Origin: Mobula hypostoma
Taxonomy: Eukaryota
DNA: 64,000 bases
Assembly: GCF_963921235.1 (NCBI RefSeq)
Contig: NC_086097.1
Span: 144,090,001 to 144,154,000, forward strand
Direction: 5' to 3'
Made by a program: the position numbers and the translations under genes. The notes under the pieces were generated by a model, which was not told where the DNA came from, did no database searches, and saw nothing but the letters and a program-made list of their open reading frames with translations. Shown here in pieces: positions 38,380 through 52,800 of this stretch (its first letter is position 1; every line of letters starts with the position of its first letter).

Positions 38380-39400
38380 TTGACACCAAGGCAGCGTTTA
38401 GCTAGGTGTGATATCAAGCAGCTATGGCAAATTGAAGTCAAGGGGAAAACATTCCAATAGCGAAGGTCATACTTTATACAAAGGAAAATGTTTATGTTTG
38501 TTGATACTCAGTCAAGAGCTCCTTGGGATGCTCAGTCAAGAGTACTCCAGATGGAACTATTTTCAGTTAGTTCATCAATGACTTCTTTCCAGCGTAAGGT
38601 CTCAAGCTAGATGTTTGCAGATGGTTGCGCAATATTAAGCTTCATTCACACCTCCTGAGAAAATTAAGCATTCCATGCCTATTTGCAGCAAAGCTAGACA
38701 AAACTCAGCAATAGGATGATAAGAGGCAAGTAATGTTCATGCTTTAAAGGTGCTAGGTATGGAACATCTCAAACAAAAGAGTATACATATCTACCCTTAT
38801 TACCATGGTCAATAGAGTCATGGAGTTGTGGAAAAATATAGCACAGAAACAGGCCTTTTGGCCCATCTAATCTGTGCCGAGACAGTTAAACTATCTACTC
38901 CCATTGACCTACATCAGGATCATACTTCCTGGAGATGATCACTGAGCAAAAACACAATTGATGCAGCCACATAAATGGATGTGAATCCTATGGTTGGAAA
39001 AGTAGATCAGTGCCTGGATATCCTTTTGGAGATGACTCAGGGGTATTCCCCTCCTATCGAGTCTTTCCATCTACAAAGCACAAGTTAAGATTGTGATGGA
39101 ATACTGTCTGTTTGCCTGGATAAGTGCAGTTTCGAGAAGTTTGACATCATCCAGGACAAAACACCCAGCTTGTCTGGTACTCCATCTACCTCTATAAACA
39201 TTCAAATCCTCCACCATTGGCACAAAGTGTGTATCATCTCTAAAATATACTGCAGATACCTAGATGTCTTACTCTTTTAGCCCCTCTCAAACCCTTAATC
39301 ATGAGGCTGGATGAGAACTCCAGACACTTAGATGTTCCTTCATGTCACCCTGCAAGTTGCACATTGTTTTGACTTGGAAAATGATCAAGCTTGTTCATTG
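38380..39400 (+). mobile_element. Old CR1/L2-group LINE RT and 3' fragments
   Basis: Degenerate MFAD, YKAQV..VMEY..AW segments. Confidence 0.5.
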
Positions 39401-40753
39401 TAATTGCACCTAACTTCCAGAACCAACTATTGAACTGCACAGTGGAATGATCTTAACCAGAAAGACAGCACCATCCTTTTTCCTTTCCAGTGAGGTCTGA
39501 ACAATGAAAAGCTGGACAAGTCATTGAAAGATATGTCATAGTCACAATGTATGAATGGCCTATTCTGATGGTGAAGTGTTCAATGACTTCTGGAGAAAAT
39601 TGCTGAAAAGCTCAGCAAGTCAGGCAGCACTTGTTGAAAGGCAAACTGTCAACACTTTGGGTGTGCGGACCTCAAGGCTGGAAGGACAAGTGAGACCACT
39701 GAGGATAAGCAAGACAAAAGGTCAAGTGGAAATTTTGTTGGAGAGCAGAGGACCACAGATCCATCAGGCTAATTGATTCTCTTCCCACAGATGCTGTCTG
39801 ACTCTTTGCTTTTTGCCAGAATATATTTTTGCTTTAAATGTCGCATTTTTTAATTTCCATGACTTTCTAGTTTTCTAGTTCCTATGAAAATATCCCACCT
39901 TTTAATTAGTCAATGTGTAGAGATAAATATTTTCCTTAATTAACTTATTTCCAGAAAGTCTTAACCTTGAAAAGAATCTATTATATTTCTAAAATTCTCA
40001 ATTCTTGTGAAGCCACCTACATTTCTTCAGATAATAATTGATGTCATTCTACTGAACCTCTGTTGTCTTTTTCTGTACTCCAAAATGTTCCCTAAATAGA
40101 TCAATTCAGAGTGTATTTGATAGTCTGTTTGAAATAGTTGTTTACAGAAATACAAAGTCAGTTGTTCATTTCTGTAATAATGCCCTTATTTTTCCATATC
40201 TGTGATACAAAATCACAGAGTAATCACAGAACAACTGAATACCATGGCTCATTTTGTCCATTTAATTAGTAATGTGAGTGACTCAGAGTTCTACTGAAAA
40301 TTTTTCACCCATCAGACCTCTTCATAAAAGCAACTGTGATTACCTAAAGTTGTAATATGGTTTAACAAAAAAACTGTAATTATGTTTTCAACAGCTTAAA
40401 CAACATAGTGATATTTTTATATCTTTCCAAAAATAATTCTTGATAATGGACTATGACCTGAATGAAGAACATGTCAAGTAGAACTCTGATCAATGAGAAA
40501 CACAGCAGTCAGGATATAAAATGCAGTGGTGCATGTATGATATGGAGGATATCTGCTCAGGGAGAAGGGTCTGCACTGTGCAGGAGCGTGACGTAGTGCG
40601 CTAAGGTTTAAAAACAGACCACCATATGCAGTGGGCAGCAGAGTGAGAGGGAGCAGAGTGGGATGACTTTGGCTCAACAGGCTTTGGCAAGAACAGGCAG
40701 AGGCCAGGGTAGGTTCCGGTAAGTTTTTGTCCAGATTGTTTAGAGTGGAGAGA

Positions 40754-41690
40754 ATGCCAGGCAGGATGTTGGAATGCTCCTCTTGCAGGATGTGGGAAGT
40801 CAGGGAGCCCTCTGGTGTCCCTGACAATGACACCTGCAAGAAGTGCATCCAGCTGCAGCTCCTAACAAACCGCGTTAGGGAACTGAAGCAGGAGCTGGAT
40901 GACCTCCGGATCATTCGGGGGAGTGAGGAGATTATAGACAGTAGCTACAGGGAGGTAGTTATGCCAAAGGAGCAGAGCACAGGAAATTGGGTCATTTTCA
41001 GGCAAGGGAAGAGGAAAGGGCAGGCAGAGCAGCGTTCCCCTGTAGCCATTCCCATCAACAACAAGTATACCGCAATGGATACTGTTGGGGGGGATGACTT
41101 ACCTGGGACAAGCTGCAGCAGCCAGATCTCTGGCACTGAGTCTGGTTCTGCAGTGCGGAAGGGAGGGTGGAAAAAGAGGAGAGCGGTAGTGATAGGGGAC
41201 TCGATAGTTAGAGGTACAGATAGGAGGTTCTGTGGTCATGACAGAGAATCCAGGATGGTTAATTGCCTCCCGGGTGCCAGGGTCAAGGATGTCTCTGATC
41301 GCTTGCATGACATTCTGAAATGGGAGGGTGATCAGCCAGATGTTGTGGTGCACATCGGTACCAATGACATAGCAAGGAAGAGTGAGGAGGTCCTGGAGAG
41401 TGAGTATAGAGAGCTTGGTAGGAAGTTGAAAAGCAGGACCTCAAGGGTGGTAATCTCAGGATTGCTAGCTGTGCTACGTGCCAGTGAGGGTAAAAATAGG
41501 ATGCTCTGGAGGATGAACAAGTGGCTGAGGAACTGGTGTAGGGAGCAGGGTTTCAGATTTCAGGATCATTGGACCTCTTCTGGGGCAGGTGGGACCTGTA
41601 CAAAAGAGACGGGTTACACTTGAACTACAAGGGGACCAATATCCTTTCAGGGAGGTTTGTTAGTGCTATTGAGGAGGCTTTAAACTAGAT
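40754..41690 (+). pseudogene. CR1 ORF1 (zinc finger/leucine zipper plus SGNH esterase)
   Basis: CSSC..CKKC, VIGDSIVRG, VVHIGTND; frameshift ~41575. Confidence 0.85.
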
Positions 41691-41809
41691 TTGCAGGGGG
41701 ATGGGGACCAGAGTGCCAGAGCTGACAGTGGGGCTGGGGTGAAAATAAATGATGTTAAAAGTTCAAGCAAAGCCGCAAATAGAAAGATTGTGAGTGGTGG
41801 TAAAAATCT

Positions 41810-44625
41810 TCTGAGGTGTATATGTTTCAATGCTAGGAGTATTGTGGGGAAGGCGGACGAGTTGAGGACATGGATTGACACGTGGAATTATGACGTTATA
41901 GCAATTAGTGAAACTTGGCTACAGGAGGGGCAGGACTGGCAGCTTAATATTCCAGGGTTCCGATGTTTCAGATGTGATAGAGGCAGAGGTATGAAAGGTG
42001 GGGGGGGGGCGGGTTGCATTGCTTATCAGGGAAAATGTTACAGCAGTGCTCAGGCAGGACAGATTAGAGGGCTTGTCTACTGAGTCCTTATGGGTGGAGC
42101 TGAGAAACAGGAAAGGTATGGCCACATTAGTGGAGTTGTATTATAGACCACCCAATAGTCAACGAGAATTGGAGGAGCAAATCTGCAGAGAGATAGCAGG
42201 CAACTGCAGGAAACATAAAGTTGTGGTGGTAGGGGATTTTAATTTTCCACATATTGATTGGGACTCCCATACTGTTAGGGGTCTAGACGGGTTAGAGTTT
42301 GTAAAATGTGTTCAGGAAAGTTTTCTAACTCAATATATAGAGGTACCAACTAGAAGGGATGCAATATTAGATCTCCTATTAGGAAACGAGTTAGGACAGG
42401 TGACGGAAGTGTGTGTAGGGGAGCACTTTGGTTCCAGTGATCATAACACCATTAGTTTCAACTTGATCATGGATAAAGATAGATCTGGTCCTAAGGTTGA
42501 GGTTCTAAACTGGAAGAAGGAAAAATTTAAAGAAATGAGAAAGGATCTAAAAAGCGTGGATTGGGGCAGGTTGTTCTCTGGCAAGGATGTGATCGGTAAG
42601 TGGGAAGCCTTCAAAAGAGAAATTTTAAGAGTGCAGAGCTTGTATGTTCCCATCAGGATTAAAGGCAAAGTGAATAGGAATAAGGAACCTTGATTCTCAA
42701 GGGATATTGCAACTCTGATAAAGAAGAAGAGGGAGTTGTATGACATGTATAGGAAACAGGGAGTAAATAAGGTGCTTGAGGAGTATAAAAATTGCAAGAA
42801 AATACTTAAGAAGGAATTCAGGAGGGCTAAAAGAAGACATGAGGTTGCCTTGGCAGTCAAAGTGAAGGATAATCCAAAGTGCTTTTACAGGTATATTAAG
42901 AGTAAAAGGATTGTAAGGGATAAAATTGGTCCTCTTGAAGATCAGAGTGGTCGGCTATGTGCGGAACCAAAAGAAATGGGGGAGATCTTAAATGGGTTTT
43001 TTGCATCTGTATTTACTAAGGAAACTGGCATGAAGTCTATGGACTTAAGGGAAACAAGTAGTGAGATCATGGAAACTGTACAGATTGAAAAGGAGGAGGT
43101 GCTTGCTATCTTGAGGCAAATTAAAGTGGATAAATCCCCAGAACCTGACAGGGTGTTCCCTCGGACCTTGAAGGAGACTAGTATTGAAATTGCAGGGGCC
43201 CTGGCAGATATATTTTAAATGTCGGTGTCTACGGGTGAGGTGCCGGAGGATTGGAGAATAGCTCATGTTGTTCCGTTGTTTAAAAAAGGATCAAAAAGTA
43301 ATCTGGGAAATTATAGGCCGGTAAGTTTGACGTTGGTAGTGGGTAAGTTATTGGAGGGAGTACTAAGAGACAGAATCTATAAGCATTTGGATAGACAGGG
43401 ACTTATTAGGGAGAGTCAAAATGGCTTTGTGCGTGGTAGGTCATGTTTGACCAATCTATTGGAGTTTTTCGAGGAGGTTACCAGGAAGGTGGATGAAGGG
43501 AAGGCAGTGGGTGTTGTCTACATGGACTTCAGTAAGGCCTTTGACAAGGTCCTGCATGGGAAGTTAGTTAGGAAAATTCAGTCGCTAGGTATACATGGAG
43601 ATGTGGTAAATTGGATTAGACATTGGCTCAATGGAAGAAGCCAAAGAGTGGTAGTAGAGGATTGCTTCTCAGAGTGGAGGCCTGTGACTAATGGTGTGCC
43701 ACAGGGATCAGTGCTGGGTCCATTGTTATTTATCATCTATATCAATGATCTGGATGATAATGTGGTAAATTGGATCAGCAAATTTGCTGATGATACAAAG
43801 ATTGGAGGTGTAGTGGACAGTGAGGAAGATTTTCAAAGCTTGCAGAGGGATTTGGACTAGCTGGAAAAATGGGCTGAAAAATGGCGGATGGAGTTTAATA
43901 CAGACAAGTGAGAGGTATTGCACTTTGGAAGGACAAACCAAGGTAGAACATACAGGGTAAATGGTAAGGCACTGAGGAGTGCAGTAGAACAGAGGGATCT
44001 GGGAATACAGATACAAAATTCCCTAAAAGTGGTATCACAGGTAGATAGGGTTGTAAAGAGAGCTTTTGGTACATTAGCCTTTATTAATCAAAGTATTGAG
44101 TATAAGAGCTGGAATGTTATGATGAGGTTGTATAAGGCATTGGTGAGGCCGAATCTGGAGTATTGTGTTCAGTTTTGGTCACCAAATTACAGGAAGGATG
44201 TTAATAAGGTTGAAAGAGTGCAGAGAAGGTTTACAAGGATGTTGCCGGGACTTGAGAAACTCAGTTACAGAGAAAGGTTGAATAGGTTTAGACTTTATTC
44301 CCTGGAGTGTAGAAGAATGAGGGGAGATTTGATAGAGGTATATAAAATTATGATGGGTATAGATAGAGTGAATGCAAGCAGGCTTTTTCCACTGAGGCAA
44401 GGGGAGAAAAAAACCAGAGGACATGGGTTAAGGGTGAAGGAGGAAAAGTTTAAAGGGAACATTAGGGGAGGCTTCTTCACTCAGAGAGTGGTGGGAGTAT
44501 GGAATGAGCTGCCAGACGAGGTGGTAAATGCGGGTTCTTTTTTAACATTTAAGAATAAATTGGACAGATACATGGATGGGAGGTGTATGGAGGGGTATGG
44601 TCCATGTGCAGGTCTGTGGGACTAG
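41810..44625 (+). pseudogene. CR1 ORF2 (APE endonuclease plus reverse transcriptase), disabled
   Basis: FNARSI, ISETW, GDFN, SDH, PQGSVLGP, FADD; stops at 42693, 43218 and 43860, frameshift ~42005. Confidence 0.9.
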
Positions 44626-44796
44626 GCAGAAAATGGTTCGGCACAGCTAAGAAGGGCCAATAGGCCTGTTTCTGTGCTGTAGTTTTTCTATGGTTTCTAT
44701 ATGTCATGTGAATCAGTTATTAAATGAAACACATGCAAACTAAAACACAATGAAGCCAAGCATAGTTGAGAAACACGTGTCAAATGCAACACTCTA

Positions 44797-45320
44797 TACA
44801 TGTGGCCAATTTATTGGGCACAAGAGTGGAACCCAGTGTGGACTCCTGCTGCTGTGGCCCATTCACTTCCAGGTCTGACATGTTGTTCATTCACAGATGC
44901 TCTTCTGCGCACCACTGTTGTAGTGCATTGTTATTTGAGTTACCTTCCTGTTAGCTTGAGCCATTCTGGCCGTTCTCATCTGACCTTTCTCATTAACGAG
45001 GCATTTTCTCCCACAGAACTGCCACTCATTAGATGTTTATTGCTTGTTATACCATTCTCTGTTATCTCTAGAGTGAAACTCCTATTTGATCAGAAGTTTT
45101 TTGAGGTGCTCAAACCACACCATCTGGCACTAGCAACCATTCCATGATGAAAGTCAATTAGATCATATTTCTTCCCCATTTTTGTCTGAACAACAACTGA
45201 ACCTCTTGACCACGCTTGTATGCTTTTGTGCATTGAGTTGCTGCCACTTGATTGGCTGATTAGATATTTGCATTAACGAGCGTGTATACGAGTGTACCTA
45301 ATAAAGTGGCCTCTGAGTGT
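44797..45320. mobile_element. Non-autonomous Tc1/mariner element
   Basis: Imperfect TIRs gtggccaatttattgggcac / gtacctaataaagtggcctctgagtg-TA. Confidence 0.65.
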
Positions 45321-45547
45321 AAATTATAATGCAGAATAATACAATGTGTTTCCAAAAGTATGTATATAAGAAGAGGCTATGCTTAAAGAAGATAACACGG
45401 ATGGAAAATGATAGTTTTGTTGTCCCCAGATGATAATAAAATTATGCTATCACTAATATTTGTGGGAGAAAATCAACAACATCATCACATAGTATACAAT
45501 GATAGCCTGTTATTGAGTTTCCTTCCTGTAAGTTTGCGGGACGCAGG

Positions 45548-46175
45548 CGGGAGGAGAAGATGGCGGTGCAACGCAGCGCGCGCAGCTCTCTGGTGAAATG
45601 ATATCGTATTTGTAAGTAGGATGCCGTGCACAATTTTGATTTGATGGAGACAGATGTGAGAAGCACAGAGGAACATCTGAAGAAACTTCTGAAATGTTCG
45701 GTTTGCTGCTGCTGCTACTGTGCGATCGGGAATCTCTGGAGGGAAGGCCCCAAAATCCCCGGCTTTGCCTGCTGCTGGCGACTGGGGCTGGGGTCGAAGT
45801 GTTCGGCAGGGATGGTGCTCGGTACTCGGTGTCGGAGGGCTGGTTGGAGGCTCGAAGTTTTCGGATGACTCAGAGTCGGACTGTGGTCGGGCATGGCAGG
45901 GAGAGTTTTCTTCCTTCTCCCGTCTGCGTGAGATGTGGGACTTTCGAGAGACTTTGAACTGTTTTTATTGTGCCCATGGCCTGTTCTTCATCAAGTTATG
46001 GTATTGTTTGCACTGTTGTCACTATATGTTACAATTATGTGGTTTTTGTTAGTTTTTCAGTCTTGGTCTGTCCTTTGTTTCTGTGATATCACACCGGAGG
46101 AATATTGTATCATTTCTTAATGCATGCATTACTAAATGACAATAAAAGAGGACTACGTGTCCTTCTAATCTAATG
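45548..46175 (+). mobile_element. Non-coding, non-autonomous retroposon with LINE-like ends
   Basis: Starts aagatggcg, CpG-rich body, ends aaatgacaataaa plus (ctaat)n. Confidence 0.55.
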
Positions 46176-46868
46176 ATCTAATTATTAACGAAGTGATAAG
46201 GTAGCCCTGCCACAGAAGAATCTTGAGTATGGATTAGTGCCAACTACTTGAAAGAACTGGCTTGTAGACTACATGGACTGCAAAGGGTGATCAGAAGCTG
46301 TGAATGCATACCACAGGTTCCAGAAACCACCTGTGGCATAAAGCAATATTCTGCTACTGAGACAAGGTAAGTCAAAACCTTAAAAAGTTGAACCTTGCTT
46401 CTGACAGCTGGGAAAACCTTGCCCACAAACAGGGAAACCTAGCAATGTCTGTTGTAGTCACCAAGACAAAAATAAGATTGAGATGAACCAGGAGCTATAG
46501 TATGTTCCAACCTTTACTAGATAAGTGGAGATACGGCCACTATGAGTCACACTGTGGCAGCTCAGGCGTTGAGCTTCTTCACCACTTGTAGGCCCCATTG
46601 ATTGACCCTGATGTGTCTCCTTTTGATTCTTATGATGGTGGACAATTTTCAGCTTCACCTTTATCTCCTTTCTCCCTTCTCCTTTGGAAGTCCCTTGTAA
46701 TGAGGATGACTTGCTTCTGTCGCAGTTTTTCTCTGTTCTGAGCCGGTTACAGGGATAAATAATAGTCTTACTGGAAAGAAGGTTGGGAGTGATATAATAA
46801 TTTTGTTGAGATTTATCAAATGGATTAGATACTGTAGACCAGGGCAACTTATTTTACTTGTCCTGTGC

Positions 46869-47507
46869 TGTAGCCCAAAGGCTGCTGCTGATGGAAAGAA
46901 GGGATAGGTAAACAGGGGGAAAAACAGAGGACAATGATGAACTTATAATCAACCACCTTGTAAGCGCCTTAGCTTACTGCTTTGGACAAGTTTGGGTAAG
47001 TCAGAAAGAAGCTTCTCTCTGCAACGGGTGACGTACTAGTCATTGTTCTCTAAAGATAGGCAAAGTCTCAAATAAGGAACTATCTAATCTTGCAGAAGCA
47101 GCTCAAGGTATAGCTAAATATGGGAAGTATAGGGTAGGGGCTAGAATGTTCTGGAGAAAAGGGGAAGGGTCCGAATGAGGAACTGATGGGCTAGCTTTGG
47201 CTTAAAATAATTATAACTAACTGACCAATGATTATCTTACATCTAATTGTATCTTAGCATGTGATTGAAATGATTCTAATATTGTCTAAACTTGTAATCG
47301 TAAGATTTCGTGCTACCTGATCAATGTTATAAATTGTGGAGAATTGTGTAATTCGGGGGCAGTTTGTGGACTGGCTCTTTTGGGAGATCAGTCTGTAACT
47401 TCCGCCATAGCATGCTATGAGTAGAGAATAAAGGTTTGAAAAGAATTACGTGTGTCAGTGTATTTGTGGTACAATTGCTCTTGCATTGTATCTGATCGAG
47501 TACGACA
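46869..47507 (+). mobile_element. Probable solo LTR
   Basis: tgtag..cgaca ends; tataaa ~47328; aataaa ~47427; flanks gtgc/ctgc match 3 of 4. Confidence 0.55.
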
Positions 47508-48037
47508 CTGCAAGTGCTTGAAATGAGATTCATTCTAAATTAATTCTGTAAAAATAATTAATTATGCAAGAAGATCATTTACTGGAACAGGATCTCAGAT
47601 GATGATTGACGTAGTCTGAGTTCATTGATTAAAATTTATTTCAGATTGCTTTGTTTCAAAAATTAACTAGCAAAAGTAATGTAAATTATCTGAGACATAT
47701 CATAATAATAAATGTGGCATGCTTAGATGACTTTACAGTCCGAATCCCACTTCATCTTTTACAGCAATACAAAGCTAACCTCATGTTCTTCTTATGAACC
47801 TGTACCTTCCTTTGACTCAGGTATCTGAATCACTGTGTGTATTATAACCTATTTACTCAGCCTTTTTTGACAAAGAACCAGATATCTTCTACAACTGAAT
47901 AGTGCTCCACAATGCCCAACCACATCCAAAGTGATTTTATGGATCTACAGAAGTCCTACTGTTTTGCTGCCTTACATTTTCTTACTTATGCTTGCTGTCC
48001 TATTTTATCTGTCATGTATCTTCTACAGAAGCAAGCA

Positions 48038-48695
48038 ATTGAACTGAATTGACTTTATTTCTTCCATCCTTCACATACAAGAGGAGTAAAAATCTTTATG
48101 TTATGTCTCTGTCTAAATGTGCAATGTGCAATCATAGTGCTTTATAATAATTTATAATAAATAGAACAGTCAATGTAACATAGAAGTACACTCAAATCAG
48201 CGTGAGTTAATCGGTCTGATGGCCTGGTGGAAGAAGCTGTCCCGCAGCCTGCTGGTCCTGGCTTTTATGCTGTGGTACCATTTCCCTGATGGTAGCAGCT
48301 GGAATAGATTGTGGTTGGGGTGACTCGGGTCCCCAATGATCCTTCAGCCCTTTTCTCACACCTGCCTTTGTAAATGTCCTGAATCATGGGAGGTTCACAA
48401 CTACAGATGTGCTGGGTTGTACGCACCACTCTCTACAGAGTCCTGCGATTGAAGGAGGTACAGTTCCCATACCAGGTAGTGATGCAGCCAGTCAGGGTGC
48501 TCTCAACTATGCCCTTGTAGAAAGTTCTTAGGATTTGGGGGCCCGTACCAAACTTCCTCAACCGTCTGAGGTGAAAGAGGTGCTTTTGTGCCTTTTTCAC
48601 CACACAGCTGGAATGTACAGACCACGTGAGGTGCTGAGATGTGGATGCCGGGGAACTTAAAGCTGTTTACTCTCTCAACCCCAGATCCATTGATA
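48038..48695 (-). mobile_element. Rex1/Babar 3' fragment
   Basis: FKFPGIHIS, KKAQKHLFHLRRLRKFG, DSFFHQAIRP motifs; aataaa tail. Confidence 0.75.
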
Positions 48696-49729
48696 AAGCA
48701 GAAACAGATGCAAACGTCTTGTACCTACTGAGATAGTGCAAGGTGTTGTATAATATAGAGAAATACTGCAGATCAAAGCAGTAAGGCTTCATGGATAGTT
48801 GTACGAGCAGGTATTATAATTAGAGGGATAAACACAGCTCATATTATGAGTTAATCCGAGACTCATAACATGGGGTGTAAGGGGTAGCAACTTTGGTGGT
48901 GTGCCTGTCGTGCTCCGCCCAGGGTCAGCTCGTCCCCACCCGCCTTCCAGCTCTCACCTGTGGCTCCAAGTAACTGTTTGCTTGTGACAGTGGCCACACC
49001 CCAGTACACAGCTCCAACGGGTGGGTGAAACCAGGTGAAGGTAGCCGGGAACCTCCAACCCCAGTGAATTAAGGATATGCCTATCTATCCCAGCACGCAA
49101 AGCCAGTTCTAGTGGACTGAATGGATGAAATGATCTACAAGATCCAACCGCCAAGAAGGCTTCTGCAACACTTCATGGAGAGCGAAGAGCATGATAAGGC
49201 ACAGAAGGCATCATGGCTATCATCTGCAGCCAAGGAAGTCTCTAGTAGTGACAATTTTTCCATTGGACCAAGATTTTTGAGGCTGGGAGAGTGGAACTGC
49301 CCCACATTTCTTCTTCTGCACAGGTTTTTCTCCATGTAGTTCTGTCAATTGATGAGTTGCAGAGACAAATGTCATCGTTGGAAATGACGGACAACCAACA
49401 CTTGTCCAAAGCATAGACATGACATATAACTTCTTGAATTCCAAGGGTCTAGTGGTTAAAGATTTAAAGAAAATGCATGTTGTTTAGATTGGAGAAGGTC
49501 GGAAGTTCTGCCCCACCAATCAATGCTAACTTTACTTCCATTGTTCATACAAATTTATAATTTGTGTGTGATGTTGAAATCTGCTGATACCCGAAAGATG
49601 AAATGTTTAGCAATCATTTAGGAGAACTGTAATAAACAGGGAGACAGACAGAATAATGGAGGTGAAAGATAGAAATTAGAGGCAATTTAGCAGGAAAAGT
49701 CTAAGTTAATACTGCAAGAAATGGAAACA

Positions 49730-49880
49730 CAGCGGATTCCGGTTAATTGGGCCATCGGTTAATTGGGTCAGTCGCTTATTTGGGACAACTCTTAAAGAGC
49801 AAAAACTAATCATGAAATAGCTGGGATTCCCTTTGCTTATTTCGGACACTAAGCCGCTTAATTGGGACAGGGCAGTTTCT
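49730..49880. mobile_element. Tigger-like relic (family of 10434-10942)
   Basis: cagcggattccggttaattgggcca terminus. Confidence 0.6.
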
Positions 49881-50954
49881 AACTAGGATCTAATTAGTCT
49901 CTGGCCTGACTTCTAATTCCCTCATATCCCTGTCCCTAAACCCTAATTACCCTCTCTGTCTCAAAAACCATCTCTATAAACCTAGCAAAAAAACCCACTA
50001 AGGAACAATTAAAAATCCATGACTCAACGGCACCATCTTGAAAAAGATTTCAGCACTACAAAGCTGCTGACCCTCTTCACTGAGCTTGCACGATGAGGGG
50101 GTTTGAGTTTCTCGGAGTCTTCCCAGAGATTGGTCAGTCGTAAGTTCCCTAGAATCCATAAGGGTGTTAAATGTTTTCAAGGTTTTTGAATTAAATGTCA
50201 GGATATCCACAACTAGATGGTAGAGTCAAGTCTTGCAGGGGAGTTAGAGGAGATGCCCGACAAGATTTGGTTCTGCTTTCTTCCTTGTATTCAGCTTTGC
50301 ATGAACATTGAAAAGGTCACTAAAAATTTCAGGCCGGGAATTTCGCTGGACGTTTTTCTTCTTTACACTACCCCAATAAAAGATCAGTAGATACTGCAAA
50401 TGAACTATGTGTTAAGGATCTCCACTCCTAGTTAAAGCAGCCAATTAGGGGACAACGTAAATTCCATCAATGCTTTTCATACTGAACGTTAAGGACAGGC
50501 ATGTATAGCGATATCCCCTCAGTCAAGTCGCCTGCTGGAAATAGGATTAAGTTGATTATACAAAACATACACAAAATGCTGGAGGATCAGGCAACATCTG
50601 TGGAGGGAAGTAAACAGTCAACGTTTTGGGCCAGCACCCTTCATCAGGCCTGGAAAGGAAGGCGGCAGAACCCAGAATACAAAGGTGTGGAGAGGGTGTG
50701 GAGTGCAAGCTGGCAGGTGTGAGTCCAAGTTCAAGTTTATTATCGTTCAACCATATACTGTGCATGTATATGGCAAATGAAACTACATTCCTCTAGGCCG
50801 AAATGCACAACACAGTACATATAACTCGCACACAATACATGAAGTAATATTACCACAAATACATTAACAAGCAATAAAAATATATTACAGAAGATTGTCA
50901 TTTGGGTGATAGGCGAGACCAGGTGAGGAGGAAGGTGGGTGAGTGGGTGAAGGC

Positions 50955-51915
50955 GACAAATGGGGCTCCACAGGGGACTGTCTTGTCTCCCTTTCTCTTC
51001 ACCATTTACACCTCGAACTTCAACTACTGCACAGGGTCTTGTCATCTTCAGAAGTTTTCGGATGACTCTGCCATAGTTGGATGCATCAGCAAGGGAGATG
51101 AGGCTGAGTACAGAGCTACGGGAGGAAACTTTGGCACATGGTGTGAGCAGAATTATCTGCAGCTTAATGTGAAAAAGACTAAGGAGCTGGTGGTAGATCT
51201 GAGGAGAGCTAAGGTACCGGTGACCCCTGTTTCCATCCAGGTGGTCAGTGTGGACATGGTGGAGGATTACAAATACCTGGGGATACGAATTGACAATAAA
51301 CTGGACTGGTCAAAGAACACCGAAGCTGTCTACAGGAAGGGTCAGAACCATCTCTATTTCCTGAGGAGATTGAGGTCCTTTGCCATCTGCCAGACTATGC
51401 TGAGGATGTTCTATGAGTCTGTGGTAGCCAGTGCTATCATGTTTGCTGTTGTGTGCTGGGGCAGCAGGCTGAGGGTTGCAGACACCAACAGAATCAACAA
51501 ACTCATTCGTAAGGCCAGTGATGTTGTGGGGAAGGAACTGGACTCTTTCACGGTGGTGTCTGAAAAGAGGATGCTGTCTAAGTTGCATGCCATCTTGGTC
51601 AATGTCTCCCATCCACTACATATTGTACTGGGTGGGCACAGGAGTACATTCAGCCAGAGACTCATTCCACCGGGATGCAGCACGGAGCGTCATAGGAAGT
51701 CATTCCTGCCTGTGGCCATCAAACTTTACAACTCCTCCCTTGGAGGGTCAGACACCCTGAGCTGATAGGCTGGTCCTGGACTTATTTCATAATTTACATA
51801 TTACTATTTAACTATTTATGGTTCTATTACTATTTATTATCTATGGTGCAACTGTAACGAAAACCAATTTTTCCCGGGATCAATAAAGTATGACTATGAC
51901 TATGACTTTGACTAT
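50955..51915 (+). mobile_element. 5'-truncated Rex1/Babar LINE with open RT C-terminus
   Basis: GAPQGTVLSPFLF, KFSDD, YKYLG (ORF 50902-51765); aataaa plus (tatgac)n tail. Confidence 0.9.
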
Positions 51916-51929
51916 GAATGATGTGAGAT

Positions 51930-52500
51930 CAGAAATATTGGTGTTTCCATACCAGGCTGTGTTGCAACCAGTCAATATACTCTCCACTACACATGTAGAG
52001 AAGTTTTTCAAACTTTTAGATGACATGCTGAATCTTCATGGACTTCTAAGGAAGGGACTACCATGCTTTCTTCATAATTGCACTTACCTGCTGGCCTGCT
52101 GGGCCCAGGACAGATCCTCAGAAACCATAACACTGAGGACTTGAAAGTCGCTGGCCCGCTTGACGTCTGATCCCCTGATGAGGACTGGCTTATACCTTCA
52201 GTTTCCTCCTCCTGGAGTCAATAATCAGCTCCTTGGTTTTGTTGACATTCAGTGAGACATTCTATTGTGGCACCACTCAGTCAGATTTTCAGTCTTCCTC
52301 CTATATGCTGGTTCATCACCACCTTTAATTCGGACTACAACGGTGGTCTTGTCAGCAAACTTAAATGTGACATTGGAGCTGCCCTTAACTACACAGTTAT
52401 AAGTGTAGAGCGAGTACAGCAGAGGGCTAAGCACACAGGTTTGTGGTATACCTGTGCTGATGGAGATTGTGGAGGAGGTGTTGTTGCCAATCTAAACAGT
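51930..52500 (-). mobile_element. Older Rex1-like RT fragment
   Basis: LSPLLYSLYT..FKFAD. Confidence 0.7.
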
Positions 52501-52514
52501 TGTATGAATATGTA

Positions 52515-52800
52515 CTGGGAGCAAAATCTGTGGGGAGGAATGAGTGAGCTGTGGAGAGCGCGATCCTGCAGAAAGTTGGGAAGAGGAAGGGAAAGGTATG
52601 CCTGATAGTGGGAGGATGGCGGAAGTTGTGAAGAATGGATGCCGAGCTGTGTGAGGACAAGGAGAACCATATCCCTGTTTCATTAGGAGTTGGGAGTTGG
52701 ATTAGGTGAGGGTAGATGTGTGCAAAATGGAGAGGACAAGTGTTAAGGCAGCAATGATAGTAGTGGAAGGAAAGCCCTGTTTCTGAAAAAGAAATGTACT
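52515..52800 (-). mobile_element. Penelope-like element C-terminal fragment
   Basis: VLLVLT..ILHNFRH..DRALHSSLI resembles the PLE RT to GIY-YIG linker. Confidence 0.55.

Larger units (their letters stand above)
40560..44700 (+). mobile_element. Near full-length CR1 LINE
   Basis: 5' UTR, ORF1, ORF2 and ttctatgg tail; 5' boundary approximate. Confidence 0.92.

Noticed and set aside
48880..49420. Possible RTE-related SINE pieces
   Set aside because: No diagnostic motif or boundary I could support.
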